A DNA stretch of 63,707 nucleotides, the filler included, from Candidatus Hydrogenedentota bacterium (lineage in GTDB: Bacteria > JBFMHD01), in NCBI GenBank assembly GCA_040752395.1. It is 4 parts of 4 records of this genome, joined end to end, with 100 filler letters (N's around TTAATTAATTAA, not from the genome) between each part and the next. Parts side by side here need not be neighbours in the genome. Positions count along the whole stretch, not along the records: positions 49,532 to 63,707 come from JBFMHD010000058.1; 3 more parts are not named here. One strand, 5' to 3'. The notes under the pieces are model-generated. The model did not search any database. It worked only from the letters and a program-made list of their open reading frames with translations, and had not been told where the DNA came from. Below, piece after piece: positions 50,682 through 59,300 of this stretch; the first letter of the stretch is position 1; every line of letters begins with the position of its first letter. The translations under genes and the position numbers were made by a program.

Positions 50682-51269
50682 TCACAACCTATCTACGGGA
50701 CTAAGAACACCTTTCCCACCACGGTTTAAAACATTGGTATAGACCATCGTTGTCCTGACATCATTGTTCCCAAGAACTTCCTGCACACTGCGGATATCAT
50801 AGCCATCTCCCAATAGATGAGTTGCGAATGAGTGTCTAAATGTATGGCAACCCGCAAACTTATTAATATTTGCCTTTCTCAGTGCATCTTTTACGGCACA
50901 CTGTAATACCGTTTCATGAATGTGATGCCTTCCTTGTGCACCTGTTTGAGGATTAACAAAACGATTTGGTGCAGGAAAAACATACTGCCAACCCCATTCT
51001 TTTTCGGCATTTGGATATTTACGTTCTAAAGCATAAGGCATATACACTCGCCAATATCCTTCTTGTAGGTCTCATTGATGTATTTGACGAACACGCTTTA
51101 GGTGTTCACATAAAGGTTCCTTTACAGCCCCAGGAAGCATAGTTAATCTATCTTTGCTTCCTTTCCCGTCTCTTACAGTAATTTGATTGGTGGAAAAATC
51201 TATATCCTTTACCCTAAGTCGCAAACATTTCATTAATCTAAGCCCTGCCCCATACATTAGAGTAATCAT
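50682..51269 (-). pseudogene. intI: Integron integrase pseudogene
   Basis: YGAGLR, GKGSKDR, IntI insert [28 protein letters not shown]; in-frame TGA at 51072-51074, N-terminus missing, LGH changed to LGN. Confidence 0.9.
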
Positions 51270-51429
51270 TAACCGAAGGAAAAGACACGATTATTCTACC
51301 CGAGGTATCTATACTAACATTCACCTCTACCATAGATATATCCTTTTGTATTTTGAATTATACCATATATCAGTGGGTTGGTCAAATAATTTTTCGCAAA
51401 AATCTGTGATTCAGACAGTAACACACCCG

Positions 51430-51502
51430 TGTTCGCGGCGCCGGGAATTGCAGGAAATTGCAGGAACACAATACCTATTTCAACATAATTATTGACATAA
51501 CA
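51430..51502 (-). mobile_element. IS-end-like element sharing a 25-bp terminus with 8388-8412
   Basis: TTTCAACATAATTATTGACATAACA preceded by an AATTGCAGGA tandem. Confidence 0.55.
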
Positions 51503-51657
51503 ATCAGTATAATATATTGAAAATTTACTTTACTTAATAGTTAAGATAAGTATAATATTAAATGTAATATTAATCGGAAAGGATTAACATGATGAATGAA
51601 AAGGTGTTTCCTCGAATAAAGAAAATAGCAGGATGATTAAATTAAGATTAAGAAACA

Positions 51658-51969
51658 ATGAATGTTGATGAATTACGATACGCAGTTAAATCTGGTAATT
51701 TCGAATAGCGCAAGCATAGTTTAATTCGATTATTTGAAAGAAATATTGCTCAGAATCTAATTTTAGATGTTATTTTATACGGCGAAGTTATTGAGGAATA
51801 CCCGGAAGATAAACCTTTTTCAAGTTGTTTGATTTTTAAACTAATTGAAGGGAAACCTTATCATGTAATAGTGAGTTATGATTCAGAATTTAAAAAGGCA
51901 TATGTTATTACTGGATATATACCTACATTGGATAAATTTGAAGGTGATTTTAAAACAAGGAGGAGATAA
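51658..51969 (+). pseudogene. DUF4258 toxin with nonsense codon (TAG 51706-51708)
   Basis: FE*RKHSLIRL.ER..GEVIEEYPEDKP...HVI...VITGY.P. Confidence 0.8.
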
Positions 51970-51971
51970 AC

Positions 51972-52208
51972 TTGGAAAAATGTCCATTGTGTAAAGAAGA
52001 AAAAAAGACAGGGGTTACTACTTATAGTGTAGATTTCGGTTCAGGTGTTGTTGTAGTAAGAAAAGTACCGGCTAAAATCTGCACTCAATGTGGTGAAGAA
52101 TGGATTAATGAAAAGGTTGCTAAGAGATTAGAAAACATTATTGAGAATGCTCGTTCTACCCATTGTCAGTTAGAAGTTGTTCCTTTTCAACTATCATTTT
52201 CTAATTAA
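51972..52208 (+). CDS. YgiT/MqsA-type zinc-finger antitoxin
   Basis: CPLC...VPAKICTQCGEEW. Confidence 0.85.
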   Translation: MEKCPLCKEEKKTGVTTYSVDFGSGVVVVRKVPAKICTQCGEEWINEKVAKRLENIIENARSTHCQLEVVPFQLSFSN

Positions 52209-52396
52209 TTTTTTGTATATTTCGGTACATCAGACTACGTAAGTATATTCTAGTACTACTTCGTTAATTCGGACATATTTTAAGAGGTGTAATACGCTTT
52301 ATAGGCGTTACAATCGGCGGATGGCCTGCATATATAAACTATCGCAGAAAAAATCATAAAATAATGGATTTTTTATCTAAAGGAGGCGATGTGGTA

Positions 52397-52447
52397 CTTC
52401 TTGCTTCTTTACTTTTGCCTTTTAACTTTTAACTTGTCATAGGAGGT
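52397..52447 (+). repeat. Short mosaic repeat copy in front of the lipoprotein RBS
   Basis: CTTTTAACTTGTCATA is the reverse complement of 23897-23912. Confidence 0.6.
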
Positions 52448-52895
52448 GTATATGATTTACCATTTGTTTTTTATTTTCTTATTAGGATTGAGTATTATAT
52501 TTAATCAAGGATGTTCGATAAATCAGATTAAAAATAATGAATTGGTTCAGATATACAATGAACAGAAAGCTACAATCGAGGCATTAGTTCCGATATATCA
52601 GAATATCCGGGCAGATATTAAAACAAGGATTGATCGTGGTGATACCAAAGTTATCGAAGCAGCTGATACTACAATAATATTCTACAATGATGATACTATA
52701 ACTATATATCCAGGAGAAACACGAGTGTTATTGGTGTATGATACTTATATTATATCAAAATTACTGGAAGTTGATTCTAAAATTGTTCAAGCATATTATC
52801 GTTGGAAAGAACTTGACGAAAAAATCGAAAATACTTACAAAGCGATCAAGGTAGCAAGTCAAGCGGCGTTATATGCAATGGTTACATTATGGTGA
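52446..52895 (+). CDS. Putative lipoprotein
   Basis: Hydrophobic leader ending in QG-C, AGGAGG RBS. Confidence 0.55.
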   Translation: MYMIYHLFFIFLLGLSIIFNQGCSINQIKNNELVQIYNEQKATIEALVPIYQNIRADIKTRIDRGDTKVIEAADTTIIFYNDDTITIYPGETRVLLVYDTYIISKLLEVDSKIVQAYYRWKELDEKIENTYKAIKVASQAALYAMVTLW

Positions 52896-52980
52896 CAATA
52901 AATGGTTACACTGTGGTTACAATTTTTGAGGCAATTTTTCATTTAAAAAATGGCTTTAGATTGTCACCATAGTGTAACCA
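52879..52980. repeat. Three 21-bp motifs TGGTTACAYTRTGGTKACAAT (two direct, one inverted)
   Basis: Copies at 52879-52899, 52903-52923 and inverted at 52960-52980. Confidence 0.8.
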
Positions 52981-53095
52981 AATTTATACTTAAAAGTGCT
53001 TTTTATTATTCATTTATAATGTGATATAATTGGTTCTAATTTCTTTGAAATCAGGGAAAAACTTCAATTTTTATTGATATTATTAAAATTACATT

Positions 53096-53169
53096 CGGGC
53101 AGTGGCGCAGTTCGGGAGCGCACTTGAATGGGGTTCAAGGGGTCGGAGGTTCAAATCCTCTCTGCCCGA
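53096..53169 (+). tRNA. tRNA-Pro(GGG), CCA not encoded
   Basis: Cloverleaf: CGGGCAG/CTGCCCG acceptor, CTTGA-ATGGGGT-TCAAG anticodon arm, GGTTCAAATCC T arm. Confidence 0.95.
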
Positions 53170-53272
53170 TATAAAAGTAGGAGATAAGATAACGAAAGAA
53201 GCAAGATAACGAAAAATGTGATAAGGATTCCCACTGAAAGATTGAAAAGATACTAAAAGAAGAGGATTTGAA
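53152..53272 (+). repeat. Left ~120-bp direct repeat (tRNA 3' end plus trailer)
   Basis: Matches 56141-56264 apart from 3 nt of indel. Confidence 0.92.
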
Positions 53273-53466
53273 AGGATTGGCTAACAGGATGTAAAAATTA
53301 TCCTGTGAATAATTTTTGCCAATCCTCGGTCGACGCAGCTTTTAACAAGGAGTTATACGCAATTGGTCGCTTGAAGAAGAAAAGAATATTTATTAAGATG
53401 TCATTGGCAAAATCAAATATTGAAGAGAGGAAAAACTATGTTCAAAAATACTGAGAGTAAAAACAA

Positions 53467-54777
53467 ATGACAAAACAAACCACCATGTTCGGCACTTATG
53501 ACTTTCCCTCTTATGAGGAGATAATGGATGCTTATGCTAAAGAATTCGCAAATTATATTCTTCCTAAAGGTGATACCATATTTGGCTTCTGGATGCAGAC
53601 ATTGGCTGATTTGGAATTTTTGGATTTGGAATTACAAGGATTAACTGACGAATATACAATTGACCCAGTAAATAGAGTAGTTAAGCTCAAAGGTGATGAA
53701 GAATTTATAAGATTAAGAATAGCTCATCTGGAAAAGGTAAAAGGAAAAACTACACTTTATACCGATTTGGTAGATAAATTTGGCGATACTAATGCTTATG
53801 CTTTTCATAACCTCTACCCCTACAAAGGAAAATTTTATCCAAGGGTAGTAAGAACTCTAATTAATGCTTTCAACTTAAACAATAATTCACTCCTTTTAGA
53901 TCCTTTCAATGGCTCTGGAACTGCCACGCACGAGGCTTCTCTTATGGGAATTAAAAGCGTTGGCATAGATGTTACGCCAATGGGAATTGTTTTATCTGAA
54001 TTAAAAAACGATTTACTTTTTATTGAGGAACAGAAGTTAAATTTTGCAACAAAGGAATTACAAGATATTTTGGAGACAATCGAAAATAGAAAATGGCAAC
54101 ATCCAGATTCCTTGATACCTAAATTGATGTTAGCAGTATATTTTGATACGGTTGACGCTTTTGTAAGAACTTCAAGATATAACAGGAAAGGCAAGGTGGG
54201 TCTCTTTATTGAGAAGTTAAACTACATAAAAAATTGCTATAGAAAAACGATGGAAATTAGAGACAAATATGGACTTAAATTTGAACCTGCTAAAATCATA
54301 GAAGGGGATATACTTGAACTTAAAAATATGAGTGGAATGGAAGAAAAGTTTGATGCCTGCATTACAAGTCCACCTTATTATTTTTCAATAGACTATGTGG
54401 GGAAAGATAAAATTGCTTATGATTATTTAGGCGTTGATATGAAAAAAATTGAATCAAAATATTTGGGAATGAAAAATGGGAGGCCAAGAGGTAATTATGG
54501 TGGATTACCCTCAAGGGTTGCCATGTATTATGAGGACTTAAAGGAATCAATAAAAAATATTTTTTGGGCATTAAAACCAGGTGGTAAACTTGCGATAATT
54601 ATAGGAGATAGCACCGTTGGTGGCAAAAAAATTCCCACAACAATGACTACTAAAAAGTTTTGTGAAGAAGTGGGTTTTGAATTTGAAAAATTGATTTTCA
54701 ATCCTCTTTTAGGTGCTCGGAATAGGGCAATAAGAGGAGAAAGCGTAATAATTTGTTATAAACCAAAGGGAGTGTAA
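53467..54777 (+). CDS. DNA methyltransferase, likely N4-cytosine
   Basis: YPYKGKF, DPFNGSGT (motif I) followed by TSPPY (motif IV). Confidence 0.88.
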   Translation: MTKQTTMFGTYDFPSYEEIMDAYAKEFANYILPKGDTIFGFWMQTLADLEFLDLELQGLTDEYTIDPVNRVVKLKGDEEFIRLRIAHLEKVKGKTTLYTDLVDKFGDTNAYAFHNLYPYKGKFYPRVVRTLINAFNLNNNSLLLDPFNGSGTATHEASLMGIKSVGIDVTPMGIVLSELKNDLLFIEEQKLNFATKELQDILETIENRKWQHPDSLIPKLMLAVYFDTVDAFVRTSRYNRKGKVGLFIEKLNYIKNCYRKTMEIRDKYGLKFEPAKIIEGDILELKNMSGMEEKFDACITSPPYYFSIDYVGKDKIAYDYLGVDMKKIESKYLGMKNGRPRGNYGGLPSRVAMYYEDLKESIKNIFWALKPGGKLAIIIGDSTVGGKKIPTTMTTKKFCEEVGFEFEKLIFNPLLGARNRAIRGESVIICYKPKGV

Positions 54778-54780
54778 ATT

Positions 54781-56010
54781 ATGCGAATTAGAAAATTACT
54801 CATTTGTACAGAACCACGAAACGAAATAGAAAAGGGTTTGAAAAGAATGTACCTAAAGAGAGTGCAAGAAATGTTCAAAAGAACCCTCAGCATGGAATCA
54901 ATTTTTAATATTTTTGATGAGGTATTTCATGGATTATCTCAAGCTTCAGTAGTGAGTGAAAACTTATATAGTTTTTATGAGTCTCTATTGACGATAACAT
55001 CTTATTATCAACATAGTCAGGCAGGAAGAGGAAGTCTCATTGCTAAACTATTAGAGGAGCTAGGGACATCGGAAAAAATGGAATTTGAATTTGCTTTAAT
55101 GAAACTTTCCCAATGGTTGGGACAAACCATCAAATTGGAAGAATCTGAACTAACAAAACAAAAATTTGACATCGTTAATAAAACCAATGATAACCTTGCT
55201 TTTTGTGAGTTGAAAATGAAGGTTTATTCTGGCTGTACCGCAGGAAGGGTTGAACTGATGGAAAAATTTAATAAATTCACAAAGCTGATTATTGAGAATC
55301 AATCTTTTAGAAATTGTATTAAGAATGCTGGTATAAGAAATGTTTTTCTCATAGGTGGAATCTTGTTTGATATTCAGGGAGAACCTGCAACAACACAAAA
55401 AGATGAAGAATGGGGCATCTGTTATAATGGCCTGCTTAGAGGTAAAAACGACATAATCAAAACTCTGAAAGATAAAAATGTTCAACATAACGTTGACGAA
55501 GAAAAGCTACCTGAAAAGGCATTTCTTATAAAGTTTATAATTGATGGGATACACGTAAATATTATTGCTGTTTACGGAAATGAAGTTATAAAAAGCCTTT
55601 TTGTAGGAAAGCAAAAATATGATATTGAACATTTCAAAAAACAGTTAGAAGAAATGTTGTATGATGACCTATGGCTGGGGCAGATAATTACAATGAGTGA
55701 AAGAGCTGTGTTGGATCAAAATTTTAAGAAAAATAAAAATTTGAACAATTATGTAATATCAATTTTGAAAAACGAAAGAATGTTATCAGAAGTTAAGAAA
55801 TTCCGAGTAAGTAGGAGTGGTAAAATATTGGGAGAGGTTACGGATAGAGTAATTGAGCTGATAAAACAATATGATAAGAATTTATTAGATATAAGCCCCA
55901 CTCCTGCGGAAATAATAATTAAGTCATCAGGAGAGAATTATAATATAAGAGATTATGTTGCCGATATTATTCAGTTTCTATCCTGTAAGGAAGTTGTTAA
56001 TATTTTATGA
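54781..56010 (+). CDS. Putative cognate type II restriction endonuclease
   Basis: 3 nt after the MTase; KFD...CELK fits a PD-(D/E)xK site. Confidence 0.6.
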   Translation: MRIRKLLICTEPRNEIEKGLKRMYLKRVQEMFKRTLSMESIFNIFDEVFHGLSQASVVSENLYSFYESLLTITSYYQHSQAGRGSLIAKLLEELGTSEKMEFEFALMKLSQWLGQTIKLEESELTKQKFDIVNKTNDNLAFCELKMKVYSGCTAGRVELMEKFNKFTKLIIENQSFRNCIKNAGIRNVFLIGGILFDIQGEPATTQKDEEWGICYNGLLRGKNDIIKTLKDKNVQHNVDEEKLPEKAFLIKFIIDGIHVNIIAVYGNEVIKSLFVGKQKYDIEHFKKQLEEMLYDDLWLGQIITMSERAVLDQNFKKNKNLNNYVISILKNERMLSEVKKFRVSRSGKILGEVTDRVIELIKQYDKNLLDISPTPAEIIIKSSGENYNIRDYVADIIQFLSCKEVVNIL

Positions 56011-56046
56011 TGGTGGAATTTTGCCAATGACAAAGAACGACCAACA

Positions 56047-56130
56047 GCGTATAACACGGTGTAAAAGACTACGCTTCGCTCCGTCCAAATTTGGCTTCGC
56101 CGAACTTCTTTTACACCGAAAACGGTAAAA
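56047..56130 (+). other. attC site with degenerate R' core
   Basis: GCGTATAAC inverse core, perfect 12-bp CGGTGTAAAAGA/TCTTTTACACCG stem; complementary to GTTATACGC at 53352-53360. Confidence 0.78.
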
Positions 56131-56140
56131 GCAAGGAGAC

Positions 56141-56264
56141 CAAATCCTCTCTGCCCGATATAAAAGTAGGAGATAAGATAACGAAAGAAGCAAGATAACG
56201 AAAAATGTGAGATTAAGGATTCCCACTGAAAGATTGAAAAGATACTAAAAGAAGAGGATTTGAA
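56141..56264 (+). repeat. Right ~120-bp direct repeat (copy of tRNA-Pro 3' end)
   Basis: CAAATCCTCTCTGCCCGA plus trailer duplicated. Confidence 0.92.
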
Positions 56265-56344
56265 GCGAGCTAAAGCGCAAAATCGGATAGTGAGGAAAAG
56301 CGAGCAGGATTGCAAACAGAAGTGAAACAGAGTAAGATTAGACA

Positions 56345-59300
56345 ATGAAGAAAAGAATAATTATATATTTTTCAATCATATGCTCTATAGCCATCATCAT
56401 TACTGGAATTAATATCCTGCTCTCAAGGTTGTTGTCAAAAGATGCGGTGCAATCGCAACTTGAGAAAATATTAAATCGAAAGATAATTATAAATGATTTA
56501 AAAATAAATATTTTAACTGGCATACATCTTAATGGTCTTGAGATATTTAATCCCGATGAATCAAAATGGGTCTCCTGTGAAGATTTTATTCTTGATTACA
56601 GTTTGCTGCCATCTCTTTATAGAAGAAAATTGATAATTACAGAAATCTATCTTAAAAAGCCTTATGCAAAATTAATAAGGGGTCAAGATGGGGTATGGGA
56701 TTTTTCTTATCTAATCTCAAAAGAAAAGAAAAAAGAAGGACTATTAAAATTAGATATAATGAGGACAAAAATAGAAGATGGTGATTTTGAGATTAATGAT
56801 AGGTATCTAAACATACGCTTTCGCTGCCAGGGATTGAACATCTCTGCTTCAAACGTTTTTCAAGCAGAAAGCGGAGATTTCGAAATCTCCCTTTTTAAAT
56901 TAAATGAAAAAGAGATCGAACTCGAAACAAAGGGTAATTTTATAATAAAGGGAAAAAAAATAAAAAAATTAATCTTGAAAGAATTATATTTTAAGAATTT
57001 ATATCTCCCGGAACTTGTTAATATCTTAACTCTTTACTCCGATATCTCTCTTCCTTTTAAATGCGAGAGTGGAACACTTAATGCAGATATAAAAATGCTT
57101 GATTTGGCTAAAGAGAATATTAAAGGCAATGGTAAAATAGATTTATTCGGCGTTTCCTGTGTCGATACAGACGGATTTTATTGGAGAGCTAATGTTCTCT
57201 CCAGTCAGTTTGATATAGATTACTCTATCAGTGACAATAAAAACCATATTGAATTAAAAAAACTTGACCTGAATTATAACGGTATCCCAGCCTCTATTAG
57301 TGGCTATGGTAATATAAAAGATAAACTTACAGAATATAATATTAACATCAGTTCTGAATTAAATCTTGCTCTTTTAATGGAAATCATGCCACAAAGACTG
57401 AAACCATATATACCTCTGATCTCTATTACTGGAAATTCTAAATTAGTATTGCAGATTAAATGTGATAACAACAAAACCGCATATTCGTTGTATGGCGATT
57501 TAAAAAATGTCGGGTTTGACGACTTACGTAAAGTAAATCCCCTGCCCTCTTTAAAAAATCTTAATGGCTCTATAGAGTATAAAGATGATCAACTAGTTTT
57601 AAATAAAGTAAGCTGTTTTGTCGCTGGAATAAATATTCTTAAGATAGATGGTACTATTAAAAATTTCAAGAGACCTTATTTAGATATCAATCTTCAAACA
57701 GGAGAGATACATACAGATAAATTATTTGAGCTTTTAAAATCCTATGAAATAGATGTTCCAGAGGATATCTCAATTACAGGCCGATCAAGTAAAGCCGAGC
57801 TGAAATTTGTAGGTTATCCTGATGATATATCTGATCTATCGGGCTTTATAGAATCAGAGGATATAGCAGTATCTATACCTGATCTCCCTTTTATAATAAG
57901 AAATATCAAAGGCAGGATAAATTTTACTCGTGATACCCTGATTACTGATAATTTATCAGTTAATTTAGATAACTTCACTTTAAAACTAAATACGGTTATA
58001 AAGAATTATCTCAAAGAACCTGTTATCGAAAAACTTACTATAATCTCAGAAAATGAAGAGATAGGGAACCTTGTAACACTTGTTTCAAAATATAATAAAT
58101 CTTATGTTCCAAAGGAAACAAAATTAAGCGGGAATATCGCTTTATTAAAAGTAGATTTACAGGGTGAGTTAAAACCGCCTTTTGATAAACTTGAATATTC
58201 TGGCACTACTAAATTAAACAATATACAATTATCTCATCCATCACTTAGAGGAGATATCAAAAACATTAAAGGCGGGCTATGTTTTGATAAAAATAGATTG
58301 TTTTTTAAAGATATCAGCGGGTTATGGAAAGAATCGCAGATACTAATAAATGGTGAATTAAAAGATTTTGCTACTCCCAGCCCATCAGCAAATCTCCAGA
58401 TTAAAAGTGGGCTTATCAGTCTTCTCAGTCTCAATGAAATCCTTAAAGAATATAAAAAAGATTTATTACCCGAGGGAACATATCTTGCAGGTATGATAAA
58501 AGACGTTAATCTATCAGTTAACGGTCTATTAAAATCACCAGAGCTTAGAGGTTCATTACAGCTTGTTGGTGCAGAAATAACTTATCCGCTTTATCCGTTC
58601 CCATTAAAAAATATTTATGGGTCAGCAAAATTTGATAAAAAAAAGATTGGACTAATCATTACATCTGCATCTATCGATAATATGAAATTTAGTTCTACTA
58701 TAAGTGTATCTCATTATAACACCACTCCTGATTATAAAGTAGAGTTAGGTTCGCAGGATATAGAATTTGGGAAACTAATTAACTATCTCCCGGAGGCAAC
58801 TAAAAAAATTTTCGATGGTCTAAAGATACAGGGAAAATCCGGGATAAACCTCAAGTTACTTGGAAAAATAAAAAATTTAAGTTATTCAGTTAAAATTATG
58901 CCCCGGGGAAATACATTAGAATATCCTCCACTGTTTCCGCAACCAATAAGAGATATAATGGGTCAAATCACCATCGAGCCTGAATATATTTTTAGTTCTT
59001 TAAATCTTACTTATGGTAATTCAAAAATAAGCATTAATGGTGGTATCGAGAACAAAAAGAACCTTGCACTAAAAAACATTCCAGTATCATTAAAAATTGA
59101 GAGTCCTAAAATCTATGGTGAAGATATAATAAATGTTTTAGAAAAAAGTAAAGTACTACCTGAAGGTTTATATTTTTCCGGGGTTGGCTCTGTAAATTTG
59201 AAATTGTTCGGGGCATTAGGTAAACCGGCATTAGATGGTGATATTAATCTCAATAATATGGAGTTAAAATATCCAATTATAAAAGAACCTTTAAAAAGTG

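Noticed and set aside
51072-51074. In-frame TGA/TAG/TAA codons as recoding (Sec, Pyl or alternative code)
   Set aside because: All three stop types occur, only in decaying accessory genes, while housekeeping genes end normally with them
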